NCBI GenBank assembly: GCA_002269645.1
Contig: NIVC01000244.1
Location: 142,484 to 206,483, forward strand
Source of the DNA: Macrostomum lignano
Lineage: Eukaryota
Direction: 5' to 3'
DNA: 64,000 nucleotides
Numbering within the stretch: position 1 is the first letter of the stretch; every line of letters begins with the position of its first letter. The position numbers and the translations under genes were made by a program. Below are positions 38,012 to 57,253 of this stretch, one piece after another. The notes under the pieces are model-generated. The model made no database searches, had not been told where the DNA came from, and saw nothing but the letters and a program-made list of their open reading frames with translations.

Positions 38012-38425
38012 CAGAGAAGGATTTTGGTTTGGATTTTTTAGTTCAGCGGGATATTCTCTTTATCCATTCAGTGAGAGAATATCCAGTTGTTTCTTTGGAT
38101 AAGTGATGCCAACTTTACATATCCGGATGTTTTGTTTAGATAAGTGACATATCCGGGTGATAGTCTAGATATTTGTCCGGATACAACTTGTCCAGATATA
38201 GCAGAGTATCCAAACCAAGTGGTTTGGTATCCAGATGAAAAGTTCAGAAATTTTTGTCCAGATAAGTCACATATCCGGGTGATAGTCTAGATATTCATCC
38301 AGGTATGACTTGTCCAGATATAATTCAGATAAAATGTCATATCTAGATATATCTGGCCATTTATTTGGAAAAGTGCCCCTATCCGGATCCAGATACACTA
38401 TATCCAAACCAAATATCTGTCCCTA
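38012..38425. mobile_element. Older hAT-like MITE with subterminal atatcc/ggatat motifs
   Basis: Imperfect TIRs (ttttggtttggat / atccaaaccaaa) and many tatcc(g/a)ga motifs; no clear TSD. Confidence 0.4.
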
Positions 38426-39913
38426 TTTTTTAGCGAGAGATGTAATCAAATTTTATTATTAATGTTATTGAAGACGAACATAATAAATGATCAAGATTTA
38501 TTGCTGCTATATATGCAGAACCAAGTGAAAAGGTTTATGAAGACTAACTTCTCAATAATAATTTAGCTATCAGTATAGCAACATTGCTAGAAAACTATTA
38601 AAGTACAAACCTATAGCATAATTTATTAAGGTTTATTTACAAATATTGCATTAAGTACAGTATATAATACAGGCCTATTAGGATAACAATAATGATTTAG
38701 GCCTATTTATAGTCTTACTATTTATTGAATTAGGCATGTTACATAGACTTATCATTATATAAGTCTTATTATACTTATAATGATTTAAGTCTATGTATAG
38801 ACTTATAATACTTATAATAAGAATTATAATACAAGAATTCTTATATTCTTGTTCTTATAATTCTATAATCTATAATCTTTATCACTAGGACCATGACCAT
38901 GCTTGGGTGCAACCTAAGGGATTCACCTGGCCATTTCTATTGGCAACACACACATGTAAGTTGCTATTGGATGGAATATTAGTCATGTGACTGCTCTCAG
39001 TCAATAGCAACTTACATGTGTGTGTTGCCAATAGAAACAGTTAGGTGAATCCCAAGGTTGCGCATGTATGACCATGACTTTAGACTAAAGGAAGGTCTAA
39101 CAAACATGAAGATCTTATTAAATTTGTATAAAGAAACTTTATTGTTTTTATAGATCAATTTATACCTAGCAATAAAATACTTTTAAATGATAAGAATAAG
39201 CATTTATATTAAGGCTATTACAACCTATATTTTATTCTTGATTTACTTAAGCTAATATCTTTATTTAGGAGAATGGCTAGGTTTATAAATGCATCTTTTC
39301 CTAAGATTCTTTCACTTGAATTGCTACTAAATGTTATATACTTGAATTTACTCCCTACTTTATTTCATTTTAATCTTTTTTAATATTTTACTTATCAATA
39401 GTATACATATATGCACAAACCCTGCGGGTTCTAATTTACAAATATAATTTAAACAATGAAAAGAAACTTTAAGTTGTTTTGTATTTAAAAAATGTACATA
39501 CTAAATATGAATATTGCTACAGAATATTAGCAAATTGAACAGATTTAATATGTTTTCTTGTTTCAAAACTTAATATATAATAAATATAAATTAATAATTA
39601 AATTAAATAGGACAATGACATAACAAAATTCAATGGGGAACATCTTAGAAGTTAAAACCTTAAAAGAAAAAAAAACTGAATAAGCTTACCTTACAAAAAT
39701 TGATCTGCTTCTATATTTGCAATTTTTGTTTCTACCAAAGCAGAGACTAATAATAATAATAATGATAGATTAAGATTTGATAGTTTGCATTTAAAGCCAT
39801 ATTTTGCATAAAAATAATGTTGACTTCAATTTTGAATTTTGACAATTTATTGAAAATAATTTTGAAATTTTGGTTAAGGGGCCCATATTAAACAAGGCAT
39901 TCATGTTAAAAAA

Positions 39914-40761
39914 TAGTGTTCCGCCGTAATTACGGCTACGGCTACGGCAAATTACGGCTACGACACTTTTGAAGCTGTATTTTCATTACGGATTACGGTT
40001 ACGGACATATTTTGAGCTTACGGTTACGGATTACGGAGATTTTTCTAGACTTGCCGTAATTGGTAGCCGTAACAAAAATTATCTATTTTTAACTGTTTAG
40101 TGTTATAAAAGAAAATTTTTTATATCAACTTCAACCAGTTTTCATTTTGTTTTACTAGTTATTATTATTTTTTACATTTGTTAAGTTTCTAAATATCTAC
40201 GAAACTTTTTGAAAACGAAAAATGAATTTTTTCACAAATTTTCTCATTAGGCATCTGGCATAGCATAGCATAGCGATAGCATGATAGCAGCGAGACAGAG
40301 AGAGCCAGTCAAAGCCTGCAAGAGACTAAGAATCTGGCATTCTTATTTCTTAGCCATATGTAGCATTTAGCTCCTTAGCATATTGTAGCGAAACAAAACA
40401 GAATCACAACACAGAAAACTGAAAAAGGCACCAAGCACACAATTGCATACAACAATGCTATAGAATACTTAGATAAAGATATTATATTTACGAAAAAAAT
40501 AAATTAATATTAATGCATGAACGAACAACAAGTACGTTTTATTGCTATCCTTTTATCCTTTTTATCTGTCCTTTTCTGTCTGCCCCACTTTTCATGCAAA
40601 AATATCAATTTTTGTTATACATTACGGCTACGGTTACGGCAAATTACGGTTATGGACTTTTTTAGCCCGTAATGATGGCAAAATTCGGCTACGGAAGTTG
40701 CTTCTTTCTTACGGCTACGGTTACGGTTACGGAGGTCAAAACTTGCAGCGGCGGAACACTA
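39914..40761. mobile_element. Non-autonomous hAT element, 848 bp
   Basis: TIRs tagtgttccgcc / ggcggaacacta; perfect 8-bp TSD ttaaaaaa; clustered (t/c)tacgg subterminal hexamers at both ends; AT-rich non-coding interior. Confidence 0.9.
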
Positions 40762-40882
40762 TTAAAAAATATTGTACATTATATTCTTTATTCAAAGTAA
40801 ATTTTGATTTCTATTCCTATTTTTTAAACTGCAATTTCATGCATATTATTTCTAATAATCTCAATCATTTCTATTATAATAC

Positions 40883-41317
40883 AGTAACAATGACTGTGAT
40901 AGCCTCACTCCAAATCATGTAGTATATGCCCAAAAATTTGGGTATGCATTGGCCTTGCATGACTAAATTAGGCATGCACAATCGGTATACATCACTCCTA
41001 AGAAAATAGTATCCATTAGCGTGCACACCTGGCGTGCACCTGGCATGCACACTATAGAATCACATATAAAAGTTATTGTAAAGTAAAAAAATGAAAAAAA
41101 TATTTTTTAAGTGTAAATTTCTAGCTTTTTGGCTTTTTCAAGCTTATAAAAAGTGTTTAAGCAAATCTTTGTACGTATCAATTTTCTGCTATAGTAACAA
41201 TGACTATGATAGCCACACTCCAAATCATGTAGTATATGCCTAAAAATTTGGGTATGCATTGGCCTTGCATGACTAAATTAGGCATGCACAATCGGTGTAC
41301 ATCACTCCTAGGAAAAT
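40883..41317. repeat. ~125-bp direct duplication (40883-41007 and 41193-41317)
   Basis: agtaacaatgact...atcactccta(a/g)gaaaat occurs twice with few mismatches. Confidence 0.85.
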
Positions 41318-42349
41318 GCTCCTATTTTCCTAAGAGAATACTAAAAAAGCATTAAAATCAACTAAATTATTTGCTAGGCCTAGTAAAAGTCTATAATGCA
41401 ATTTAGAAAAGGTAATTTTTTGTAACAACATAAAAAGGTCATTTATTGTTGCAACATGGCATATTTTTTAGAATAGGCATGCACCAAATTTTTTGGCATG
41501 CATTTAGAAGTAATTATTCAATTTTTATTCAGGTATGCACCCAGCATGATCCAGACTATAGTATGATAGGCCTAATTCTTTAAAAACTTTTCTTAGAAAA
41601 TATTGTGTTTAAATTAAAAGCATGCAAATTTGTTTAAACATATATAATATTGAAATTATTATAAATATTATGAAATTTTGTAGTTTTATTTTAATTAAAC
41701 TGCAATAAATAAAGAAACCTATAAATATAAAGCAATTAGCACAAAAATTATGGAGTACTTATAGGCATGGCAACCATGTCTATAATATTTGAGCTTTTAG
41801 GCACGGCTATAATCATCAATATAAAATGCGTGTTCTATAGGGCACTTGCACAATCAAATGTTGGCTTAATAGATAAGACAATTGCCTCAAGAGTCAAGAT
41901 TGCGTGTAGCAAGGTTTAAATCTTAAGTGGTCATAGTTTTTTAATTTGAATTTTTAGCAAATAAATTTTTGTCTTGAAGTTTTCAAGTTTTTTAATTAAA
42001 ATAAAATAATTAATTAATTTAATTTAATTAATTTCTTTTTAATAAGAATAACATTGAATCTTAAAATGTGGCCAATATATAGCCTAGGCCCCTATCAAAA
42101 AAAATATTTCTTTTTCAGTAGCTACAAGCAATCTAGTGCGGCCCCCCTTCGGGGCGCCCAATAAGAAAGGAGCAAAAATAGTTCATGGAAAACAATAAAA
42201 AAACACATTTTCTTAAACACTAATTCCTTCTTCACATTTTAAAAATCACCTTATTCGTGTAAAATTGTCACGGACTAAGATGTTTGCAAAATTAAAAAAT
42301 CACTTTTTCTCTAAAATTAACAAACAGTCAACAAAATATCGTTTCCCTA

Positions 42350-42790
42350 AATAGAAAATATTCCCAAGACAGCAAGCAACCCCCTCCAAAAGTGAACAAT
42401 CGCAGATAGCAAGCATCCTCTAATGCTCATAGCAAGAATCACCACAGATAGCAAGCATCTGCAGATTAGCAAGCACCCCTCAGATATTATAGAAGCATCC
42501 ACCCAGATAGCAAGCATTCTACAGATAGCAAGCACCCCCAGATATTATAGAAGCATTCTGCAGATAGCAAGCACCCCCCAGATATTATAGAAGCATCTAC
42601 CCAGATAGCAAGCATCCTGCAGATAGCAAGAATCCCTAAATAGCAAGCATCCTGCAGATAGCAAGAATCCCTGAATAGCAAGCATCCCTGGATAGAAAGA
42701 ATCCCATGCATGTAGCCAGTACCCCCTCTCCCAAATAGCAAGTATCCCCCTCGAGAGCAAGCATCCACGAGACAGCAAGTAGCTAGTGCA
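42350..42790. repeat. Degenerate ~20-bp repeat (agatagcaagcatcc)
   Basis: Decaying units adjoining the 24-bp array. Confidence 0.75.
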
Positions 42791-42799
42791 AATGTTACT

Positions 42800-44975
42800 T
42801 CTGCTAATGCAATAATCGCTTTCTCAGGTTGTGCAACAATCCACGTCTCAGCGAGCGCAATAATCTCTTTTTTAGACAGCGCAGTAATCAGCTTCTCAGC
42901 TAGTGCAATAATCCTTGGTTTATTAATAGCAATAATCCTTGATTAATCAAGTGCAATAATCCTTGGTTTATCAAGTGCAATAATCCTTGGTTTATCAAGT
43001 GCAGTAATCTTTGGCTTATAAAGTGCAATAATCCTTGGTTTATCAAGTGCAATAATCCTTTGTTTATCAAGTGCAATAATCCTTGGTTTATCAAGTGCAA
43101 TAATCCTTGGTTTATTAAGTGCAATAATCCTTGGTTTATTAAGTGCAATAATCCTTGGTTTATCTAGCGCAGTAATCCTTGGCTTATCAGGTGCAATAAT
43201 CCTTGGTTTATCAAGCGCAGTAATCCTTGGCCTATCAAGTGCAATAATCCTTGGCTTATCAAGTGCAATAATCCTTGGTTTATCAAGTGCAATAATCCTT
43301 GGTTTATCAAGTGCAGTAATCCTTGGCCTATCAAGTGCAATAATCCTTGGTTTGCCAAGAGCAATAATCCTTAGTTTATCGAGTGCAGTAACCCTTAGTT
43401 TTCCAAGTGCAGTAATCCTTGGTTTATTAAGAGCAATAATCCTTGGCTTATCGAGTGCAGTAATCCTTGGTTTGCCAAGAGCAATAATCCTTGGTTTATC
43501 AAGTGCAATAATCCTTGGTTTATCAAGTGCAATAATCCTTGGTTTATCAAGTGCAATAATCCTTGGTTTATCAGATGCAATAATCCTTGGCTTATCAACT
43601 GCAATAATCCTTGGTTTATCAAGTGCAATAATCCTTGGCTTATCAAGTGCAATAATCCTTGGTTTATCAAGTGCAATAATCCTTGGTTTATCAAGCGCAG
43701 TAATCTTTGGCCTATCAAGTGCAATAATCCTTTGTTTATCAAGTGCAATAATCCTTGGTTTATCAAGTGCAATAATCTTTGGTTTATCAGATGCAATAAT
43801 CCTTGGCTTATCAACTGCAATAATCATTGGTTTATCAAGTGCAATAATCCTTGGCTTATCAAGTGCAATAATCCTTGGTTTATCAAGTGCAATAATCCTT
43901 GGTTTATCAAGTGCAGTAATCCTTGGCCTATCAAGTGCAATAATCCTTGGTTTATCAAGTGCAATAGTCTTTGGTTTATCGAGTGCAGTAATCCTTAGTT
44001 TTCCAAGTGCAGTAATCCTTGGTTTATTAAGAGCAATAATCCTTGGTTTATTAATATCAATAATCCTTGAATAATCCAGTGCATTAATCCTTGGCTTATC
44101 AAGTGCAACATTCTTTACTATCAAGTGCAATAATCCATGGCTTATCAAGTGCAATAATCCTTGGCTTATCAAGTGCAATAATCCTTGGTTTATCAAGTGC
44201 AATAATCCTTTGTTTATCAAGTGCAATAATCCTTTGTTTATCAAGTGCAATAATCCTTTGTTTATCAAGTGCAATAATCCTTGGTTTATCAAGCGCAGTA
44301 ATCCTTGGCTTATCAAGTGCAATAATCCTTGGTTTATCAAGTGCAATAATCCTTGGTTTATCAAGCGCAGTAATCTTTGGCCTATCAAGTGCAATAATCC
44401 TTGGTTTATCAAGTGCAGTAATCCTTGGCCTATCAAGTGCAATATTCCTTGGTTTATCAAGTGCAATAGTCCTTGGTTTATCGAGTGCAGTAATCCTTGG
44501 TTTTCCAAGTGCAATAATCCTTGGCTTCTTGAGTGCAGTAATCCTTGGTTTGCCAAGAGCAATAGTCCTTGGTTTATCGAGTGTAGTAATCCTTGGTTTT
44601 CCAAGTGCAGTAATCCTTGGTTTATTAATAGCAATAATCCTTGGCTTCTTGAGTGCAGTAATCCTTGGTTTGCCAAGAGCAATAGTCCTTGGTTTATCGA
44701 GTGCAGTAATCCTTGGTTTTCCAAGTGCAATAATCCTTGGCTTCCTGAGTGCAGTAATCCTTGGTTTGCCAAGAGCAATAGTCCTTGGTTTATCGAGTGC
44801 AGTAATCCTTGGTTTTCCAAGTGCAGTAATCCTTGGTTTATTAATAGCAATAATCCTTGGCTTCTTGAGTGCAGTAATCCTTGGTTTGCCAAGAGCAATA
44901 GTCCTTGGTTTATCGAGTGCAGTAGTCCTTGGTTTATTAATAGCAATAATCCTTGGCTTATCGAGTGCAGTAATC
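42800..44975. repeat. 24-bp minisatellite (aagtgcaataatccttggtttatc), ~90 units, with block duplications
   Basis: 8-aa period in the spurious ORFs; variant blocks are repeated at 44500-44960. Confidence 0.96.
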
Positions 44976-45479
44976 TAAGTGTTTTTATTTAGTCCTTTAA
45001 TAAAACCTTTTAATAAAAAAATTTACACTACTACTTTTAAACTACTTAGATTTGAACCTAGGTCGCTGCATTAGCAGTCTGGTCTGTTCAGCTCTAGGCT
45101 AGCTCTCATCGAAGTTATCAGTGATGTTGTACCACTTATATAATTCAACACTCACACCAAGTCAGGTAGAGTAAAAAGTCTCACGAAGCAGTTATGACAT
45201 GATCAATTTCTTAGGCAAGTCAGTACCAGTGTCTATGAAAGTTTACAATATGGTTACGTAATATAAATTCAGTACTGCGCTATGCTTTCACACTCAAAGC
45301 TGTGACGCAATTCAATTGAGTGTCAAATTCAGCCAGTACACAGACGATAAATAAAGTGTATTGTGATGCAATCTATTTCAGAATCAGAATTCAACCAGTC
45401 AGTTTTTCTGCTAGCATTCTTACGATGCATTTCAAGTCGAAAGAGCTGCTTGACCTTTGCAAAAAAGCATGTTTTTCGA

Positions 45480-45662
45480 ATATTTAATCCCTTTAGCATC
45501 AAGCAATTTCTTAGCCACGATGCATGTACTGTCACGGGAAAATTTCTGATCGAACAGTGCAAGTTCGAAGAAAATCGGTTGAGCCGTTTTTGCTAAAATC
45601 GATCACACACACACACACATACACATACACACATACCGACAGACCATTTTTAGTATATGGAT
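45480..45662 (+). mobile_element. Possible 3' end of a DINE-1/Lep1-like Helitron/Helentron non-autonomous element
   Basis: aaaatcggttgagccgtttt followed by a (CA/CATA) microsatellite and ...tatatggatat, the typical architecture of these elements. Confidence 0.45.
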
Positions 45663-48099
45663 ATATATAATTGTGGCTGTACTTTAAAATGATTTCGTGT
45701 TACTTTTAAAAATAAAATAAAAAGTCAAAAAAACTCTGACTTTTCAATTAATTGATCTTTTCATCTAATTGATGATTATAGGCCTATACATGGCATGGCA
45801 GCTATGCCTATAAGCTACAATATTAGACATGGCTACCCACTGTGTTTCTAAGTGTGAACCCATTCAATACTAACAACACAGCCACCTACCATGTTTTTAA
45901 GTGTGAACCCATTCAATATTAACAACATGGCTGCTATGCAAGTTTCATTGATATGGTGGCCATGTCTCTAATAATGACTAGGCCCTAGATCCATACTTAG
46001 AGACATGGCGACCATGTCTATAATGTAGAAACTTATAGACACAGTGGCCATGTTTATAAGAATCAACCCAATCACTATTAGGCCTAGAGATATGGCTACT
46101 GTGTCTATAAGTTTCTGCAGTATAGACATGGTCGCTGATGCCATGTCTCTAGTCTAAGTATGGCAAAAAAAATTAGGCCTAACCTTGTTTGCTTTCTTCA
46201 AGCTTCTATCTATATAAAAAGGATTAAGCAAATACTTATTTCTACTTTAGTTATTTAGTAACATTAAAAGCCTTTTGAGATTAGAAAAACTCATTCATTT
46301 AATTCTTAGGCTCAAGCCTCAAGTTAGAGAATGAGACCTGACCTCTAGATTAAATATCTAGAAAATTGCCTAAGAAGGCAGATCTACCAAAAGGTAAGAA
46401 CATCTAAACATAGGGCCTAAGATCTGAGAATTTGCTTCATCAGGGCAGTAGTCCTAAACCTACTAGAGGATAACTATAAGGTATGACCCTTTGAGCTCAA
46501 GGATTCCCAGTAATGCTAATGCCTTAGACTAGGCCCTAAGAAAAAAGTCTCAATAGGAGAGAGCTATGATATAGATCTAAGACATACAATAGGATAAAGT
46601 ACAGTGCCATAAGACTGCTTAGCCCGATAGAACTATACACTACCGTACAAAGTACAGTATTAAAACTATATCAGAAGTTAAATCCGAGACCGAGTCACGA
46701 GATGGGACCTGCATGGGCACATTTTACATTTTTTAAATAATCGCTAGCGTGAGCAAGTTACATTCGTAAACAAATGAAGTTCCTAAAGTTACGGCGTGAA
46801 TGTATTATAGCATGTGCTCTTGATTAAAATAAAATAATATATTTTCTAGATAGAACCTATTTCAGAATATATAGCTATATGTATCATGGTGCAGTGTTAT
46901 AAGTTAAATTAATTTAATATAAGGAATGTTCTACTTCTAGGTACGCCGTTTAGTCAGATGTTTGCCTGCGATTGCTATATGCATGAAACATGCATTTGCA
47001 GTATATCTAGATACACGTAGTACTGGATAACCTTGCATCCCTTACTAGCCAGGTTAGTAGTTTCAGAGTTTGATGCTAGGACGATTCAAGTAAATAAAGG
47101 CTTCAGTGGTCCGTGAAATGAACCACAATTTACAAATCAGCTTGAGTGCATCGACATGCTACAGGAACACTTCCATTATGGTCGCTATACATTACATTAT
47201 CTTCTAGTAGTCCTTGACGTGCATATCTACATGTAGCTACATTATGCCTGTTTGCACTTGTTCCAATCATCACCGCAACACATTCGAGATTGTTTTTACC
47301 GAGGAATCGAATGGAGCGCATTTACATGTATTGACCAACTGAAACGAGTGGTGACGTGTTTTACATGTCTGTAAAATTTCTGCACCGGATTTAGGAAATT
47401 TGCATCGTTTCATCGAATCCCGCAATACAATTGTAGGACAACTATAGATGTAAGCATCTCTTTTCCGCCGCGATATGTCTTCTGGATGTACCAAGCGGCC
47501 GGATTGCTGCTGCGTTTTTAAAGAGCAAAATCGCGAAATCGCGGTTGGCTATATTTTCTTTACTTTAACTCTGTCATTAACTCATAAACGATAAGACTCC
47601 ACTTTGTGAACGGTTGTTTGGACAACTGAGTTCTTCAAAAGCGAGGCATTGCGAGGCAGTGCCGCTCGGGGCTATATCCACTGCCGCCGATGGGGTACAG
47701 ATTACGAGCGTATTATCTCGTTGGTTATAACAACGTCTGAGGTTTACATGTACATAAACAGCGCATGCGATGGGATTAACATTAATTAATCACGCGTGTT
47801 TAATTAGGTGGGCGAGGGGGTGATGCTGTTAAAACGTATCGGTTTTACTCAAGTTGAGTTAAAGCGTTTTGGGGAAGCTAGCTAGTAGTCCTGAGTTCTT
47901 TTGCTGTTCCTCTTGTGCAGGCCGCCCGGGCTGAGCGTCCACCTCTCGGTCAAGGACTACAGTAGCCTTGGCTCTCGGTTGCTGCTCCTCGGAGTTTGGT
48001 GGCCATTGGTGTTGCTCCTCTCCCAGGGGCGGCCGGCTCATAATTTATTCTCCGGCGCGCCATCTCCGCCTGTCTATTTTTTTATTAGAGGCAGGGGGG

Positions 48100-48435
48100 T
48101 TGTGTGCACCCTGGCGCACTTTAAGCGACATAGGCACACAACCGGCGAGAGGCATTACTGCCCATTCCGCCGACTCCCCTGAGCAGGCATACAAGCGCGC
48201 GGATACGTACGCAGGCACACACTCACACAGGAGTGTACAGCGGCCCTAACTTTATTTTATCGTTAGGCATGTACACTTCATTGTGCCTTGGGGGGTTGGC
48301 TCTCAAGGCCGTTAATTGCACGAGCAGAGCCAAGCCGAGATTCCAATTCAGCCCCAAATTAATGTGACTGCACTTGGAATCGAGCCTGGGTCGCTGGCAC
48401 ACCAGAGCCTGCGCTAGACAGCTGGGCTACGTCCC
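48100..48435 (-). mobile_element. tRNA-derived SINE, most complete copy of the 3-copy family
   Basis: Minus-strand head gtagcccagctgtctagcg...acccaggctcgattccaag (A/B-box-like); body shared with 16765-16905 and 58410-58590. Confidence 0.7.
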
Positions 48436-49074
48436 CCCTAATCTCCGCCTGTCAGCCGCCCGGTCAATTTTTTGTCGTCTCATCCTTTGATGGGGGCTGC
48501 TGTAGTTTTTTCGTGCCGCATACCACTGTAGACCCCTACTTATTTGCGAGATTCATCTTGTTCATGGTTGCCTTATCCTTTATCTTAGCTTATATTTACT
48601 CTGCATGATCTTGCCTTACTTACCACTCTTTGGCTTGGCGTCTTTTATGCCAGCTATTCAGGGGAATTTCTAAGCGTCGAATTACAATTGCCTAAAAGCG
48701 ATGTCCCAATGTACGTCAAGCCATCGCGCTTGGTCCTGAGCTAGCAGTACATGCACAATTATAGTCAGTCAACATAGCGATTGATGACATCTTAAATCGC
48801 CTACACGACACGTGGTTCTGCGTTCAGCACCGGCCGCGGGCACCTATTTCGACGTCCTTTACTAGCGGCGGCAACTATTAACGGCCAGGTGCGTAGTCCA
48901 TGAGGAAGTACACTGTACGTCTTACATGCATCTCTAGCTCGTAAGGTCCATATGTCTAACGCCGCCATAGGTTTGCATCTCTTTCCTGAGCTGCCTCGAG
49001 CCGCTTCAGGGCGATTCTACGCTCGTATTACTGGGGATATATCGAAGAGCTGCCTCTCGAGAACTGAACATTCA

Positions 49075-49635
49075 GTAACCTTCACTGACTGCTGCTACCC
49101 CTACTGGACCTTCAGTGACCTTCACTGACTGCTGCTACCCCTAATGGCTCTTCAGTGACCTTCACTGACTGCTGCTACCCCTACTAGACCTTCAGTGACC
49201 TTCACTGACTGCTGCTACCCCCAATGGCTCTTCAGTGACCTTCAGTGACTGCTGCTACCACTACTGGCTCTTCAGTGACCTTCACTGACTGCTGCTACCA
49301 CTACTGGCTCTTCAGTGACCTTCAGTGACTGCTGCTACCACTACTGGCTCTTCAGTGACCTTCACTAACTGCTGCTACCACTACTGGCTCTTCAGTGACC
49401 TTCAGTGACTGCTGCTACCACTACTGGCTCTTCAGTGACCTTCACTGACTGCTGCTACCACTACTGGCTCTTCAGTGACCTTCAGTGACTGCTGCTACCA
49501 CTACTGGCTCTTCAGTGACCTTCACTAACTGCTGCTACCACTACTGGCTCTTCAGTGACCTTCAGTGACTGCTGCTACCACTACTGGCTCTTCAGTGACC
49601 TTCACTAACTGCTGCTACCACTACTGGACCTTCAG
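49075..49635. repeat. 40-bp minisatellite x14
   Basis: Unit ca(c/g)tgactgctgctaccactactggctcttcagtgacctt. Confidence 0.95.
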
Positions 49636-51123
49636 GATCTTACTGGTAGTGTACAGTGCACTGTGTCAATAGATTATTGCTGCGAAACTCAGAAAACATA
49701 TTGAGAAAAAGGCGACACATTTCCATTCACAGTCAGTTTGTTCTTAAAGCTTTTAAAGTGAATGGCATTAATAATGCGATATTCCAATAGCGAGCAGCGG
49801 CCGGTATAAGAAGGCAAAATATGACCTAGCAAACATTAATTGCATGCCCTGTTTTGATTATTTCCGGAATTGGCTAGCTATTAAACATGCCGCCATTATT
49901 GCTTACAAACAGCAACTAATCACGTTTTCCCATGAGAATAATGTAATAGTCCAATTAGCATATTATTTGTTTAATGAAGTCCAGACACACCTGTGGGCAT
50001 GCCCGTATATATGCATTGTCAGGGTCAGTACTTCCCTAGCTAATGCGCCTCAGTTCCACACAGGAAGTCGTCATAGTTTTAATTGATTCCCATGCAAATT
50101 CAACCCCTTTGACGACCTGAACAAAAAATTAATTACTTGCCGGTCAGGCGGAACCAATCTGGATGCATATGACTGCTTGCACTGACTTTCTCTGCATAAG
50201 AAGCGCGTGTTAAATCAAAATTGCGTCCCCTAAAACGATCATTTTCCATGCTTTAACCCCCGCGGCTTGCGAAATAAAATTCAACTGCAAACTATTTAGC
50301 TCGTAATATGCTTTATGGAACTTCTCAGAAAAATATGAGTGGAAAACAACCACGAAGGCAAAGCAAAAAACTAAAATACAAAGAAAAACTTTGCTTATAG
50401 AGACAAATGAAAACAACTAACGACAGAACCTTGAACCTTGAAGGACCTTGAAAACAAAAAATCCGTTAAGTTAGATAACTTGTCGGATCAGTTAGGCTCC
50501 CATGGGATTAAGAGGATAAAACTGGGATTTCATGAGAATCATGACAATTTTTTACCCTTCACTGATTAAGAGGTACCATGTAATTCTTTTGACGTTTAAA
50601 GTCAAAAGACCGGCTTCTAAATTAATATTTAGTGCCAATAATCAATTAATACTGAAACTGAACTTCAATTTAAGTCGATTCTTGTTCTTTTATTTTCTAT
50701 CGTTAGTTGAGTTGCCAACCTGCTCAATCCCCCATTGTTGCTAACGGAGCCGTCAGCTCACGGGAATTCGTTCTAGTGAGGATGGGAACTAAGAAAGCTG
50801 TTGAGTGCATGTTTCTGACAGGTCAGAAGAAGCACCCAGAAATTAGTTCATTAGTTAAAATTCTCCTTCGACCAATAAGAGACGGTCAGTTCGGAGCTCC
50901 AATCCTGTCTCACTGCCTCGTGCACTTGCCCACCTACAAGAGGGATTACAAAAGAGCTTGGATCTAGCAGAGAGCAGATCAGTCTGGTTTTTTCTCTGAA
51001 CAATCTCAGTAAGGTGAGCTCTCTTTGTCAATTGTTTCTTCCTTTAACTTACATGAACTTACAGGCTAAACCTGCATGTCTAAATGGGCTCATCCATTGA
51101 TTACAGGTGTCTTTGAAGGCATA

Positions 51124-56271
<5,148 letters not shown>

Positions 56272-57253
56272 GGCTTCTAGGCGACTCTGATAGGCTCGGA
56301 ATACATTTGGAATTCTGTCAATTGATTACTAGAAATTACTAGAAATTATGATAATTAGTAATTGCTGTGATTGCACCGACTAAACTTTTAGTCACTGTTC
56401 TCGAACTGTTGTATGCTTTGAGTCCCCCCAACAGATAACAAACAGTTGATATAGCTCGTAGTTTAACAAATACTCTTAAGATATTTTCAAATTCATTCCA
56501 CCTATTCTCAAGTCAACTTTTAGTGTCTTTGCTGTGCTAAATTAATAGAAATGATTTGTGACTGCTTTTCACGGCTAGCTAACATGATTATGGTTATTTT
56601 ACACTGACCTCCCTCATTCAGAACCTCGAAGTTTTTTTGCAATCTGTTCAATCCAGTAGTACAATAGTTTGTTATATAATCTTTTAGCTACGAACTTCTT
56701 GCCCGATGACTTGTCAAAGAAAAAATACATTCGAGACCTGCCAGTCGATCTATTCTGCTCGCAAAAAGTCTCACACAAAACTCTTACTAGAAATTTTAGT
56801 CAAGTTTCAGATTCGTTTGTTTAATTAGAGGCTCAGGAAGCTGAGCAGGCAGCCTTCAATACCACGGGAAGCGGATTTTTGCCCATCCCTCTTAGTTGAC
56901 TGAGAACCCTTGATTTCCAGGCTCGCAAGCAGCAACTCAGACGCGCGGTAGATGAAGACAAAAATATCAAATTTCTGCATACAAGCTTTGGTACATAATT
57001 TTGCCGGACTTTGTACTTGTTCAAATTTTTAAAGAAAACTCAAAACATATACGGCCGCAGTTTTGAGTCGGTTAAATACAAATTAACGAAAAAAGCAATG
57101 GTTATTACTTATATTCAGTCGGTATTGTGAAACGCGCGCATAAAGTTTAAGTATTGAAAAGTATTGAAAGGCTGGTTTCGAAATTTTAGCAGGGAATTTT
57201 TGAGGCGCTGCTCTTTCTTAGAAATCGCGCGAATCGGGGGAGATTTCTAAGAA

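Noticed and set aside
42900-44992. LRR-like or NPW-repeat ORFs up to 667 aa
   Set aside because: Open on several frames and both strands of a 24-bp minisatellite, with no splice or start context.
50210-50416. Hydrophobic 68-aa minus ORF resembling a type II membrane anchor
   Set aside because: No in-frame ATG, AT-rich composition and no convincing downstream exon.
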